A stretch of 64,000 bases of DNA from positions 9,141 to 73,140 of the forward strand of contig SLCC01000010.1 of the NCBI GenBank assembly GCA_007126035.1, in the 5' to 3' direction. The translations under genes were made by a program, and so were the position numbers. Positions 10,434-20,764 of the stretch are shown here, piece after piece (the first letter of the stretch is position 1; each line of letters starts with the position of its first letter). This DNA comes from Gemmatimonadota bacterium (GTDB lineage Bacteria > Gemmatimonadota > Gemmatimonadetes > Longimicrobiales > RSA9). The notes beneath the pieces are model-generated. The model did no database searches, was not told the origin of the DNA, and was given only the letters and a program-made list of their open reading frames with translations.

Positions 10434-11819
10434 TCAGCCCTGGCCCGAGCCTGCGCCCAGGACCCATATCACCACGCGGAAGTAGATGAGCAGTCCCACC
10501 ACATCCATGATGGTTGTTATGGCCGGCGAGCTGGTGAGGGCCGGGTCGATACCCAGGCGACGGAACAGGAAGGGCAGGCTGGCCCCTACCAGGTTGGCCG
10601 TCATCACGATGAGGAGCATGGTCATCCCCAGCGCCAGGACGACCCGCGGCTCGACCTGGAACAGGAGAACGTAGCCGGCGATGAAGACGCTGAAGGCGAG
10701 GCCCAGCAGGAGCCCGGTGCCGATCTCCTTGAGCAGCACGCCGAGGTAATCCCGCAGCTCCAGGTCCCTGGTTGCGAGGGACCGAACCACGAGCGTGGCG
10801 ATCTGGGCGCCCACATTGCCGCCGGTGCCGATGAGCAGCGGGATGAACGCCGCCAGGATCACCACCTCGGCCAGGACCCCCTCGAAGTGGGAGATGACGT
10901 TGAAGGTGAGCGTCATGGAGACGACCAGGAGCAGGAGCCATGGCATCCGCTTCCGGAACAGCAACCACGGTGGCGCCCGCGCGTAGTCCACGTCCACGGG
11001 CGCGGCGCCCAGGCGGTGGATGTCCTCGGTGGCCTCCAGCTCCACCACGTCCAGGACGTCATCGACGGTCACGATCCCCACCAGTCGCTCGGTCTCGTCC
11101 ACCACCGGGAGGACCGCGAAGTCGTAGTCGGCGATGACGCGGGCCACTTCTTCCTGGTCGGTGGATGTGGTCACCCACACCACGTTCGTATCCATGATGT
11201 CACCGATGCGAGTGGACGGTGAGGCCACGATCAGCTCCCGCAGGGACAGGACGCCCAGGAGCCGGTGGTCCCGGTCGACCACGTAGAGGTAGTAGATCGT
11301 CTCCGCGTCAGGACTCGCTTCACGCAGGAACTCCAGTGCCTGGTCCACTGTCATGCCTGCGGCCAGCGACACGAACTCCGGCGTCATCAGCCCGCCGGCC
11401 TCTTCTTCCTCGTAGCTGGCCAGCGCCTCCGCCACCGCCAGAACGTCCGGCCCGAGCAGGGCCTTCACCGCCTCGGCCTGCTCAGCGTCGTGCTCCTCCA
11501 GGGCCTGGAGGGCATCCGCCAGGTCGTCCGGGTCCAGCTCCTCGAGGACGGCGCGAACAGCCGGCGGATGGAGGGCCTCGAGGAGTGCGGACTGCTCGTC
11601 GTCGCCCAGGTTCGAGACCAGCTCGGCGGCCTTGTCGGGCGGGAGCGCGGCGACGATGAGGACCCGGTCTTCGAAGGACAGGTCCTCCCAGGACTCCAGC
11701 AGCTCCTGCGGCCGCAGCTCCGCCACCACCTCGGCCAGCGCCGCCGCGTCAGTCCGCTCCACGAGCGCTTTCAAGTCGACCCCGCCCGCGCCCTTCTGAC
11801 CGGCCGTTTTCTGATCCAT
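10434..11819 (-). CDS. mgtE: Magnesium transporter MgtE
   Basis: Acidic N-domain, CBS pair (AGGLMTPEF, GIVTVDDVLD), TM motifs GTGGNVGAQ and DPALTSSPAITTIMD. Confidence 0.95.
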   Translation of the reverse strand: MDQKTAGQKGAGGVDLKALVERTDAAALAEVVAELRPQELLESWEDLSFEDRVLIVAALPPDKAAELVSNLGDDEQSALLEALHPPAVRAVLEELDPDDLADALQALEEHDAEQAEAVKALLGPDVLAVAEALASYEEEEAGGLMTPEFVSLAAGMTVDQALEFLREASPDAETIYYLYVVDRDHRLLGVLSLRELIVASPSTRIGDIMDTNVVWVTTSTDQEEVARVIADYDFAVLPVVDETERLVGIVTVDDVLDVVELEATEDIHRLGAAPVDVDYARAPPWLLFRKRMPWLLLLVVSMTLTFNVISHFEGVLAEVVILAAFIPLLIGTGGNVGAQIATLVVRSLATRDLELRDYLGVLLKEIGTGLLLGLAFSVFIAGYVLLFQVEPRVVLALGMTMLLIVMTANLVGASLPFLFRRLGIDPALTSSPAITTIMDVVGLLIYFRVVIWVLGAGSGQG

Positions 11820-12000
11820 CCACCCTCCACCGTCACAAGGATTGCCCCCGTCGCGTCAGAATCTTGATCGATTTCGTGCCGGAGACAACCGGCTGAGCGG
11901 CGAAGTCAGGGCGAGCCCTACCTCCCAACAAGCTTGACACGAAGGGTCCGGAGAAGTCGGAGGGAACGGATTGGGTACGGGTCGGCGGGACCGGAGCTGA

Positions 12001-12501
12001 TCAATCGTCGGGGCAGCGGGCCCAGACCATCTCCACCGGGTAGGCCCGGGGCTCCGGTATCACCGCCGGGGGCGGCAGCGCGTCGCCCACGGGGCGGGCG
12101 GTCCCGCGGAAGCGGGCGTCGTGGATGGCGAGCTCGAGCAGGATCCCGCCGCCGCCAGGGTAGCCGATCTCCAGGGAGTCAGCCGCGGTCCGGAGCCAGT
12201 ATCCGAACGGGTGATCCACCTCGCCCTGTCCGGTGAGGGTGGTGGCGCGGCGGACGTCGGACCGCTGCTGTATGGCTGGCCAACCCTCCAGCGGTTGATC
12301 GAGGAGCCGGACGCCCCACGGGAGGTGGAGCTCCCGGGCCACGTCGTCCTGCACGAAATAGTGGCACCCCAAAGGATAGGGCTCGTGATGCTCGCGGTGG
12401 ATGGCGCACCCGCCCAGGAGCAAGGCGACCAGCGCCACCCCTGCCGGGAAGCTATTCCGTCGTAGCCGGATCGGGGCCATCATCGTCGTCTTCTTCACCA
12501 T
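12001..12501 (-). CDS. Hypothetical lipoprotein
   Basis: Lipobox-like LLLGGC; overlaps the stop of the upstream peptidase gene; start may be 12483 or 12480. Confidence 0.65.
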   Translation of the reverse strand: MVKKTTMMAPIRLRRNSFPAGVALVALLLGGCAIHREHHEPYPLGCHYFVQDDVARELHLPWGVRLLDQPLEGWPAIQQRSDVRRATTLTGQGEVDHPFGYWLRTAADSLEIGYPGGGGILLELAIHDARFRGTARPVGDALPPPAVIPEPRAYPVEMVWARCPDD

Positions 12502-13976
12502 GGGTCGATCGTCCTCGTCCGGCCGTCCCGCTCCAGGACCCGGATCGGCTCCAGAAGGATCTCGTCCCAGCCCAGGTCGCCCCAGTGGTGGCGGTGGCCT
12601 CCACCCCCGGGGGCAAGGGCCGCGGCCACGCTGAACTCGTCGGCCACCCCCATGTCCACCACGTAGCCCAGGTCCGCGAAGGACGCCACCGACACCCGGC
12701 TCAGGGGCTGGAAGACGCCCGGTGGCGCCGAGAACCCGGTCATGCGCTCGTTGCCGAAGATGGTCTGCCGCCAGTGGGCGTCGCGCGTGCCCTCCCCGCC
12801 CTGGTTCTCCACCGGGACCAGGCCGTCACCGCCCATGGCCTGGTACTCGGTCACCGCCTCGTCACCCGTGAACAGGGGATCAGCGGTGCCCGCGCCCTGG
12901 ATCAGCTCCTGCGCCCGCCACAGCGTGCCGAAGCCGAGGACGTGGGCTATCTCGTGGGAGATGATATGGGTGAGCGTCTCGTTCCCCACCAGCGGCTCCA
13001 GGTCGTCCGAGTCCAGAATCATCACTCCACCGAAAGGCAGATTGGTGCCGCCACGCACGCCGCAGGCGCCCGCCCGGCCCAGGACCCCACCCGGACCGTC
13101 GATCGGCGTGATGTTCACCACGATCATGATGTCGTCGGTGGAGGTCCCGTTCAAAAGCTCGCCGAAGCCGCCGCAATGCTCAGCCTGATAGAAGCTCGTG
13201 GGGATCGTGACCGGCGGCAGGTCGTTCTGTATGATCGCCTGCCACTCTGCCACCGCCTCATCCAGGTGCGGCTGCACGCCCGGCGGGACATCCACCACTG
13301 GGAAGATGGTGATCTGGAACGATTCGGGCTGCCGGGCCACCACCGCCAGCCGATACGCCTCCTCGACCGTCTGGCCATTGCTGGTCACCTGTGCCACGAA
13401 GGACGTGGTATCAGGCGCCACGGGCGTGCCACGGATCCGCCCGCCGGCCGATAGCTCCAGTCCCGCGGGCAGCTCCCCAGCCACCAGCTCCCAGACGTAG
13501 GTCTCGCCGTCACCACCGTATGCCCGCAACCGCACTTCGTAGCTGAACCCCGCCAGGGCCGGTGGCACCACCGGGGTCTCGATGGACAGCGGCTCGACGG
13601 GGAGGACTTCCAGAACGAACGACCTGGACGCAGTCTGGCCATCGCCACTCATCACGCTGAGGGAGAAGGCGAACGAGCCTTCCGCCTCGGGTACGCCGGT
13701 GAGGATGGCGTCGTCCGCGCCCAGGTGACCCACGGTGAAGGTGACGCCCGGAGGGAGCGCACCCGCAGTCACCTCCCAGGTGTACGCCTCGTCACCGCCC
13801 TCCGCGGAGACCGAGGCCGTGTACGAATGCCCCCTCACCGCAGCGGGCACCTCCTCCGTTACTACCACCAGGTCCGGAAAGACTGGCTCGACAGGCGTCC
13901 TGTCAGCAAATCCGCAGGACAGGACCGACAGGCCCAGCAGCAGGAGCAATGGAATACGGCGAGACATCATCGGCAC
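12495..13976 (-). CDS. Leishmanolysin(M8)-like zinc metalloprotease with two putative Ig domains
   Basis: HEIAHVLGFG, HW and ERMTG Met-turn; two N-terminal W....G.LP.G Ig-like repeats; signal peptide containing Cys. Confidence 0.85.
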   Translation of the reverse strand: MPMMSRRIPLLLLLGLSVLSCGFADRTPVEPVFPDLVVVTEEVPAAVRGHSYTASVSAEGGDEAYTWEVTAGALPPGVTFTVGHLGADDAILTGVPEAEGSFAFSLSVMSGDGQTASRSFVLEVLPVEPLSIETPVVPPALAGFSYEVRLRAYGGDGETYVWELVAGELPAGLELSAGGRIRGTPVAPDTTSFVAQVTSNGQTVEEAYRLAVVARQPESFQITIFPVVDVPPGVQPHLDEAVAEWQAIIQNDLPPVTIPTSFYQAEHCGGFGELLNGTSTDDIMIVVNITPIDGPGGVLGRAGACGVRGGTNLPFGGVMILDSDDLEPLVGNETLTHIISHEIAHVLGFGTLWRAQELIQGAGTADPLFTGDEAVTEYQAMGGDGLVPVENQGGEGTRDAHWRQTIFGNERMTGFSAPPGVFQPLSRVSVASFADLGYVVDMGVADEFSVAAALAPGGGGHRHHWGDLGWDEILLEPIRVLERDGRTRTIDPW

Positions 13977-14021
13977 TCGGAGTCAGCGAGCCCCCAGCAG
14001 GCCCGGTCTGAGTGACGGAAC

Positions 14022-14037
14022 TGCAATAGCGGTACCA
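14022..14037 (-). promoter_or_regulatory. sigma54-type promoter
   Basis: Minus strand TGGTACCGCTATTGCA (GG-N10-GC) about 45 bp upstream of the M8-like gene. Confidence 0.7.
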
Positions 14038-14195
14038 GCTTCCTCCTCTCCCGGCCCCTACATTGCCGGAGGGGAATCACCCCACAGCCGGGCTATCACA
14101 TATCCCGATTGCACAATGCCTCGACCTGAGCAACTATTCTTGCGGGCAGCGCCGTGCAAGGCGCCGGCGCGTCCCCCGGTCGGGCCGGATGCGCC

Positions 14196-14211
14196 CGGCC
14201 AGATCGTTGCT
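14196..14211 (+). promoter_or_regulatory. sigma54-type promoter
   Basis: CGGCCAGATCGTTGCT, followed by TAAGGA RBS and ATG 14238. Confidence 0.55.
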
Positions 14212-14237
14212 CGCCTGCGCTTAAGGATAGATGAATC

Positions 14238-14600
14238 ATGGTCGAGACCAGGGCAAAGCCATTGGCAACGTGCCGGGGGTGCGGCATCGAGGTCGACGCT
14301 CGCCTCCAGGTCTGTCCCGAATGCGGCGCTTGCTGCCCGGGATGCAGTACCAGCGGGCTGCGGGCACGAGTCGGTAACACGCCCGCCGCCAGGAAGCTGG
14401 CTATTGCGCGTTCCAGCCCCTGCGGCAAGCTGCTGGCCATGCACGAGGAGTTGGGTCACGCCCTCATGCAGGCGATCTGGGAGATGGACAACCTGCCCGG
14501 GGATACGGACGCGGCCATCACTCGCCTCTACGGCGTCATGGACGACGTGTCCGCCGCCATCGAGCGGGCACAGGATCTGGATCCCACGAAGCGGCACTGA
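14238..14600 (+). CDS. Hypothetical Cys-rich (zinc-ribbon-like) protein with helical C-terminus
   Basis: CRGC...CPECGACCPGC; AAGGA RBS; coding-like codon bias. Confidence 0.65.
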   Translation: MVETRAKPLATCRGCGIEVDARLQVCPECGACCPGCSTSGLRARVGNTPAARKLAIARSSPCGKLLAMHEELGHALMQAIWEMDNLPGDTDAAITRLYGVMDDVSAAIERAQDLDPTKRH

Positions 14601-14773
14601 TCGTCACGGGCACCGGTGGCCGACTGCCTGGGGTTCGCCAGGCGGTCGGCCTCCTCTGCCGCCCGGCAGGATCCCTCCGCCGCCTGGTGTCTTCATGACG
14701 ACCCCGGCTGCGGAACATTCGCGGCCATACAGGCTGCAAACCACTCCGGAGCAACAGCTTCAGCATAATCCCG

Positions 14774-14789
14774 TGGTGCGGTTCCTGCA
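14774..14789 (+). promoter_or_regulatory. Possible sigma54-type promoter
   Basis: TGGTGCGGTTCCTGCA (GG-N10-GC, with CTGC at -12) about 55 bp upstream of ATG 14843. Confidence 0.45.
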
Positions 14790-14842
14790 CACTATTTGGG
14801 GCAAAACGGAACATTGGCAGGCTTTCAGAGGAGGCTTCAACC

Positions 14843-15931
14843 ATGAAGCGCCAGGCCCAGAAACAACATGAGGCGGAGCGGCGAGCGCAGCACACCGAGG
14901 TAGATGAGGGTGGCCGACCGGCTATTCCCCAGTGGTTGGGTCAGCGCCGGGCGCGGGTGGCGCTGGGCGGCATCATCGGTCTGGCGGGGATCGGCGGCGC
15001 GTTCTTCCTCCCTGCCAACAAGGAGGCGACGCAGGAAGAGGATCCCGTGGCCCGTGCGGTCCAGGACGTGGTGGGCGAGCGGACGGCCGAAGCGCACGTC
15101 GTGGAGTGGGACCTTCCGAACCTGGACCACGAGCGCGTGGACTTCTGGATGGAGCGTTTCACCACCGTTCCGGACATGCGGGAGAGGATGGAGGGTTTCC
15201 TGCAGCGGGCAGGCATATACGTGCCCATGCTCCTGGAGAAGCTGGACGAGCGGGGTATGCCCCGTGACCTGATCTACCTGGCCATGATCGAGTCGGGCTT
15301 CGAGCCGCAGGCCTACTCCCATGCCCATGCCGCGGGGCTGTGGCAGTTCATTGCCGAGACGGGCCGCCGCTACGGTCTGGCCATCGACCGGGCGGTGGAC
15401 GAGCGGAACGACCCCGTGCGGGCCACGGATGCCGCCCTGGACTACCTGGAGGAGCTGTACGAGCGGTTCGATTCCTGGTACCTGGCTGCGGCGGCGTACA
15501 ACACGGGCGAGAACCGGGTGGGCCGGATCATGCGGGAGACGTTCGGTCGCGAGAAGGCCCGGAGCGAGGACGAATACTACCAGATCTGGCCTCGCCTGCC
15601 CCGTGAGACCCGTGACTACGTGCCGCTCATGATCGCCGCCGGACGGATCGGCAAGGAACCGGCCAAGTACGGGTTCGACCACGTCATACCGGACCCACCG
15701 CTGGAGTACCACGAGGTCATGGTACCGCCCGCCACCGAGCTGGGCGCCATTGCCAGGGCGGCAGGTGTGGCCATCGAGGACATACGTCGACTCAACCCCC
15801 ACTTCCGGCTGAACCGGACGCCTAACAACAGGGACTACCAGGTCCGGCTCCCGCCTGGTTCGCTGCGCCAGTTCGCCAGCAGCTGGGGCCTGAACCTGGG
15901 TCCGGAGGTGGAGCGGGCCCTGACGGAGTAG
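14843..15931 (+). CDS. MltD-like lytic transglycosylase (SLT domain)
   Basis: AMIESGF (catalytic Glu), AAGLWQF, AAYNTGE and ETRDYV; N-terminal TM segment; GAGGAGG RBS. Confidence 0.92.
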   Translation: MKRQAQKQHEAERRAQHTEVDEGGRPAIPQWLGQRRARVALGGIIGLAGIGGAFFLPANKEATQEEDPVARAVQDVVGERTAEAHVVEWDLPNLDHERVDFWMERFTTVPDMRERMEGFLQRAGIYVPMLLEKLDERGMPRDLIYLAMIESGFEPQAYSHAHAAGLWQFIAETGRRYGLAIDRAVDERNDPVRATDAALDYLEELYERFDSWYLAAAAYNTGENRVGRIMRETFGREKARSEDEYYQIWPRLPRETRDYVPLMIAAGRIGKEPAKYGFDHVIPDPPLEYHEVMVPPATELGAIARAAGVAIEDIRRLNPHFRLNRTPNNRDYQVRLPPGSLRQFASSWGLNLGPEVERALTE

Positions 15932-16061
15932 CCGTCCGGGAGGTACGGCGAGGCTGGCGCTCCAGCTGAGCCGCCGCTATCCTCCGGCACGCGGGTCGGC
16001 GCACCGGTGTGGATCGGGGCGCCGACTCGTAGTGCAGAGATCACGGATGGCTAAACACTGA

Positions 16062-16751
16062 ATGGCACGTACAGTTTGGCTCCTCGGTCTCCTTGCCCTG
16101 CCCCTGTCATGGGGTTGCGGCGAGGGTCCGCAGCCGGTGCGGGGCGCTTCGGCGGAAGTCGCGGCCCTGCCGTCGTCGCAAGCGGCCGCCCAGCGGGCAC
16201 CCAACGCCGCTCGGATGACGGCGGGCTATTCCCTCGGCTCCCCCGATGCCCCCGTTGCCGTGGTCGAGTTCAGCGACTTCGGCTGCCCCTACTGCGGCCA
16301 GTTCGCCGGCACCACCTTCGTCAGTCTCCGGCGCCACTACATCGAGCAGGGGCTGGTACGCTGGCGCTACGTGCCGGTGAGCTTCGGTTTCCGGGGCGGC
16401 GAGGTGATGGGCGCGGCGGCGGTCTGCGCCGGCGAGCAGGCGGGCGACGAGGGCTTCTGGATGGCTCACGACGTCCTCTACCGCCACCAGGCGGCGCTGC
16501 GCGGGGGCGACGCCCTGGACCGGGCGCTGAGCTGGCTCGCCGAGGCGGGACTGGACCGGGACCGACTGAGGGCATGCGTCACGGCTCCGTCCACGGCGGC
16601 CATCCTGGAGGAGAACAATCGTATGGCCGCCGGCTGGCGAGTCCGGGGCACGCCCACCTTCCTGATCAACGGCGTACCCATGAGCGGGGCACTACCACTC
16701 GACTTCTTCCGCAGGGTCCTGGACACCGTCCTCGACCCTTCAGGCCTCTGA
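16062..16751 (+). CDS. DsbA/BdbD-like thiol-disulfide oxidoreductase (exported)
   Basis: EFSDFGCPYC and GTPTF (cis-Pro); signal peptide with WGC. Confidence 0.9.
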   Translation: MARTVWLLGLLALPLSWGCGEGPQPVRGASAEVAALPSSQAAAQRAPNAARMTAGYSLGSPDAPVAVVEFSDFGCPYCGQFAGTTFVSLRRHYIEQGLVRWRYVPVSFGFRGGEVMGAAAVCAGEQAGDEGFWMAHDVLYRHQAALRGGDALDRALSWLAEAGLDRDRLRACVTAPSTAAILEENNRMAAGWRVRGTPTFLINGVPMSGALPLDFFRRVLDTVLDPSGL

Positions 16752-16758
16752 ACCCAGG

Positions 16759-18390
16759 ATGGATTTCATGACTAGACGACTGATGATGGTCACCACTGCG
16801 GCGCTGGTCGTGGCCGGGTGCGCCGGCGTAGTTCCCGAGCCCGCCGACCGCATAACCGCCGACGGCATCCTCCGTGACACTGAGGTCCTGGCCGCCGACA
16901 GCATGGAGGGCCGTGCCCCGGGCACGGTCGGCGAGGAACGGGCCATCGCCTTCATAATGGAGCGGTTCCGCCAGGCCGGACTGGAGCCGGTGGGCCAGGA
17001 CTACCTGCTCCCCGTGGAGCTGCTCGGCATGACCAAGGACGCCGAGCGTTCCTCGATCACGGTGCGCGGCCCGGGCGGTGCCCTGGACCTGGTCCAGGAC
17101 CAGAACTTCACCTTCTGGTCCACGGCGGAGGAGCCGCTGGTCGAGCTGCGGGACGTGCCGGTGGTCTTCGTCGGGTACGGCGTCGAGGCGCCGGAGTACG
17201 AATGGGACGACTTCAAGGGCGCCGACGTCCGGGGCAAGGTCCTGCTGTTCCTCAACAACGACCCGCCAGTGGTGGAGGACGGGGTCGAGCTGTTCGGCGG
17301 CCCGATCCGTACCTATTACGGTCGCTGGACCTACAAGTTCGAGCAGGCCCAGAAGCACGGCGCCGCGGGCGCCATCGTCGTCCATACGGACGACTCCGCC
17401 GCCTACGGATTCAGCGTGATCGGCAACACCGGCTCCCGTCAGATCTGGCAGCGGGACTACCAGGTGCCGCTCCTGGCCTGGATGGACTCGACCCGCTCCG
17501 AGCAGGTGGCGACGGGACTGGGCACCGACCTGAGCGGGCTGTTCGACATGGCCGCCCGGCGAGACTTCCGCCCCGTGGATACGGGCTTCCGGGTGGACGC
17601 CCGAATCGTCACCGAGTTCGAGCGGGTCCACGCCCACAACGTGGCCGGCGTGGTCCGGGGCAGCGACCCGGAGCTGGCGGATGAGTATATCGTCTTCACG
17701 GCGCACCATGACCACCTGGGCGTGGACCCGGACCTGCCCGGGGACGACAAGATCTACAACGGCGCGCTGGACAACGCCCTGGGCGTGGCCTCCATCATCG
17801 CCATGGCCGATGCCTTCACCGCCCTCGAGCCCGGGCCTCGCCGGTCCATCATGTTCGTCTCGGTGACCGCCGAGGAGGGCGGGCTGCTGGGGAGCGGCGC
17901 CTTCGTGGCCAATCCGCCGGTGGACCGCAACCGGATCGTCGCCAACATCAACGTGGACTCGCCCCAGTGCTTCGGCCTCACCCATGACGTGGCGGCCATC
18001 GGCATCGACATGAGCACCCTGGGCGACGTCTTCACGGAGGTCATCCTCGAGCACGGCCTGCGACCGGCGGGCGACCCCAATCCCGCCGCCGGCAGCTTCT
18101 ACCGCTCGGACCAGTTGAGCTTCGCCAAGGCGGGCATTCCGGCCCTCTATCTCCAGGCCGGCCGAGACTACGTGGAGGAGCTGGGCTTCGATCCCCGGGA
18201 GTTCCTGCTCCAGCACTACCACCAGGTCTCGGACGTCATCCACCCCGAGTGGAACCTGGAGGGCGTGGAGCGGGACCTCCGCATCCTGTTCGAAGCCGCC
18301 CGGCGCATAGCCGACGTCGACGAGCAGCCGCGCTGGGTACCTGGCAACGAGTTCGAGAGCGCCTGGCAGCAGTTGTACGGAAAGCAGTAA
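16759..18390 (+). CDS. M28-family aminopeptidase with PA domain (lipoprotein)
   Basis: Lipobox VAGC; TAHHDHLG, NGALDNA, TAEEGGLLGS, RSDQ and YHQVSD. Confidence 0.92.
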   Translation: MDFMTRRLMMVTTAALVVAGCAGVVPEPADRITADGILRDTEVLAADSMEGRAPGTVGEERAIAFIMERFRQAGLEPVGQDYLLPVELLGMTKDAERSSITVRGPGGALDLVQDQNFTFWSTAEEPLVELRDVPVVFVGYGVEAPEYEWDDFKGADVRGKVLLFLNNDPPVVEDGVELFGGPIRTYYGRWTYKFEQAQKHGAAGAIVVHTDDSAAYGFSVIGNTGSRQIWQRDYQVPLLAWMDSTRSEQVATGLGTDLSGLFDMAARRDFRPVDTGFRVDARIVTEFERVHAHNVAGVVRGSDPELADEYIVFTAHHDHLGVDPDLPGDDKIYNGALDNALGVASIIAMADAFTALEPGPRRSIMFVSVTAEEGGLLGSGAFVANPPVDRNRIVANINVDSPQCFGLTHDVAAIGIDMSTLGDVFTEVILEHGLRPAGDPNPAAGSFYRSDQLSFAKAGIPALYLQAGRDYVEELGFDPREFLLQHYHQVSDVIHPEWNLEGVERDLRILFEAARRIADVDEQPRWVPGNEFESAWQQLYGKQ

Positions 18391-18432
18391 GCTGAGACGG
18401 CGCCGGGCCCGGAGCGGGGGCCGGTGCCGGAT

Positions 18433-18471
18433 GGCCGGCGCGCCAGGCCGGCGCGCCAGGCCGGCGCGCCA
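18433..18471. repeat. 13-bp tandem repeat GGCCGGCGCGCCA x3
   Basis: Three exact copies in the gap between convergent genes. Confidence 0.85.
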
Positions 18472-18507
18472 GAAGGGGGTAGCCAGTGATCCCGGCTACC
18501 CCCTTCT
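18471..18507. terminator. Hairpin between convergent M28 and M3 peptidase genes
   Basis: AGAAGGGGGTAGCC ... GGCTACCCCCTTCT forms a perfect 14-bp stem. Confidence 0.65.
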
Positions 18508-18570
18508 CGGTGCCCGCGGCCCGTATGTGCCTGGTGCCGCGGTCAGCTTTGCCTGGCTGGTCGCTCCAGG

Positions 18571-20751
18571 TCAGTCGCTGGCGTGGACGCCACTGGTGAA
18601 GCCGCGCTTCTCCATCAGGGCGTCGACCTGTGCGTCACGGCCGCGGAACGCACGGTAGCCGTCGGCCGGATCGATGGTGTTGCCCACGGAGAAGACGTAG
18701 TCGATCAGCCGCCGGGCCACCTGGCGATCGTAGGGCCCACCCGCCTCCACGAAGGCGCCCCAGCCATCGGCGGTCAGCACGTCCGACCACAGGTAGCTGT
18801 AATAGCCGGCGGAATAGCCATCGCTGCCGAAGACGTGGGAGAAGTGAGGCGTCCGATGCCGCATCACCATCTCCGCCGGCATCCCGATGGCGTCGAGGGT
18901 CTCGCGCTCGAATTCGGCCACGTCGATGCGCCTGTCGCCAGCCAGGTGCAGCTTCATGTCCACGATGCCGGAGGCCAGATACTCGGTGGTGAGGAAGCCC
19001 TGGTTGAACGTGGCAGCCGCCTCGATCCGGTCCACCAGGTCCTGGGGAATGGGCTCGCCGGTGCGGTAGTGGACCGCGAACCGACTCAGCACCTCCGGCG
19101 TCGCCAGCCAGTGCTCCAGGATCTGAGACGGGAACTCCACGTAGTCCCTGGGCACGGCGGTCCCGGACATGGACGGGTACGTGACGTTCGACGCCAGCCC
19201 GTGGAGCGCGTGGCCGAACTCGTGGAACAGCGTTTCCGCGTCGCTCCACGAGATGAGCGCGGGCTCGCCGGGACGACTCTTCACGAAGTTCGAGTTGTTC
19301 GAGACGATGGTGGTGACACCGCCGTCGAGGTCGTGCTGCCGACGGTACGCGCTCATCCAGGCGCCCGACCGCTTGCCCGACCGGGCGAAGGCATCGAAGT
19401 AGAAGAGGCCCACATGCCGCCCGTCGTCCTGATCGGTGACCTCCCAGACCTCCACGTCGGGGTGGAAGACCGGCACGTCCGTCACCCGGGCGAAGTCGTA
19501 GCCGAAGAGCTCGCTGCCCACCCAGAACATGGCGTCCCGCAGCCGATCGAGTTGGAGGTACGGCTCCACCTCGTTCTGGTCCAGGTCGTAGCGGGCCTTC
19601 CGAACCTTCTCCGCGTAGTAGCGGTAGTCCCACGGCTCGATGACGACGTCCGCGCCCTCGGACCGTGCCACGGCCGCCATATCCGCCACCTCCTCGGCCA
19701 CCCGCGCCACCGCCGGCTCCCACACCGCCTCCATCAGCTCCATGGCAGCCTCGGGAGTGCCGGCCATGGTGTTCTCCAGCCGCCAGTGGGCATGGGTCTC
19801 GTAGCCCAGCAGCTTGGCCCGCTCGGCCCGGAGCTGTAGGATCTCGGAGTTGATGGCGTTGTTGTCCCGCTCGTCGCCGTTGTCACCACGGCTGACCCAC
19901 ATCTGCCAGCCGCGCTCCCGCAGGTCACGCCGGTCCGAGTAGGTGAGGAACGGCTCCATGGAGGACCGCGTGTTCGTGATCACCCACTGCCCCGCCAGAC
20001 CTCGCGACTCCGCCGCCGCCGCCGCCGCATCGACCAGCGACTCCGGCAGCCCCACCAGGTCCGCCTCACCTCCCAGTACCAGCGTGTACTCGTTCTCGTC
20101 GCCCAGCACGTTCTGGTTGAAGGCCGTGAACAGCTCCGCCAGCCGCTGGTTGATCTCCGACAGCCGAGCCTTCTCCGCCGGCGCCAGCTTGGCGCCGGCG
20201 CGGGTGAAATTGGTGTAGTACAGCCAAGCCAGCCGCTGGTCCACCGGTGAGCGCTGCGCCAGCTCAGGCGAACGGTAGACCGCCTCGATCCGGCTGAACA
20301 ACGCTTCGTTCTGGGAGATCCGGTCCGAGAACGCCGCCAGCCGCGGGGCCATAACACGCTGCACCGCCTGGAACTCCGGCGTGCTGACGCTCGAGGCCCA
20401 GACCGAGTAGACCGTCGTCACCCGGCTCAGAGCCTGACCCGCCTGCTCCATCGCCACGATCGTGTTCTCGAAGGTGGGTGGCGACGGGTCATTGGCTATG
20501 GCGTCCACCTCGGCCAGGTTCTCGGCCATGGCAGCTTCCAGGGCCGGCTCGAAATCCTCGACCCGGACCTGATCGAACGGCGGCACGCCACCGTAGGGGC
20601 CGGACCATTCCGCCAGGAGGGGATTGTCGTGCGCGCCCGCCACAACAGCCACGGCAGCGCCGTCCGTGGTCACCGCGCCACCCGCGCAGCCCGCCAGGAG
20701 CAGTAAAGTGATTGTGCCGACAAGTTTCGCGAAGGAATCACGGATAGTCAT
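18571..20751 (-). CDS. dcp: M3-family peptidyl-dipeptidase (Dcp-like), lipoprotein
   Basis: LFHEFGHALH, KRSGAWM, DYVEFPSQ and GYSAGYYSYLWS; lipobox LAGC. Confidence 0.93.
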   Translation of the reverse strand: MTIRDSFAKLVGTITLLLLAGCAGGAVTTDGAAVAVVAGAHDNPLLAEWSGPYGGVPPFDQVRVEDFEPALEAAMAENLAEVDAIANDPSPPTFENTIVAMEQAGQALSRVTTVYSVWASSVSTPEFQAVQRVMAPRLAAFSDRISQNEALFSRIEAVYRSPELAQRSPVDQRLAWLYYTNFTRAGAKLAPAEKARLSEINQRLAELFTAFNQNVLGDENEYTLVLGGEADLVGLPESLVDAAAAAAESRGLAGQWVITNTRSSMEPFLTYSDRRDLRERGWQMWVSRGDNGDERDNNAINSEILQLRAERAKLLGYETHAHWRLENTMAGTPEAAMELMEAVWEPAVARVAEEVADMAAVARSEGADVVIEPWDYRYYAEKVRKARYDLDQNEVEPYLQLDRLRDAMFWVGSELFGYDFARVTDVPVFHPDVEVWEVTDQDDGRHVGLFYFDAFARSGKRSGAWMSAYRRQHDLDGGVTTIVSNNSNFVKSRPGEPALISWSDAETLFHEFGHALHGLASNVTYPSMSGTAVPRDYVEFPSQILEHWLATPEVLSRFAVHYRTGEPIPQDLVDRIEAAATFNQGFLTTEYLASGIVDMKLHLAGDRRIDVAEFERETLDAIGMPAEMVMRHRTPHFSHVFGSDGYSAGYYSYLWSDVLTADGWGAFVEAGGPYDRQVARRLIDYVFSVGNTIDPADGYRAFRGRDAQVDALMEKRGFTSGVHASD

Positions 20752-20764
20752 AGAACTAGATGGT

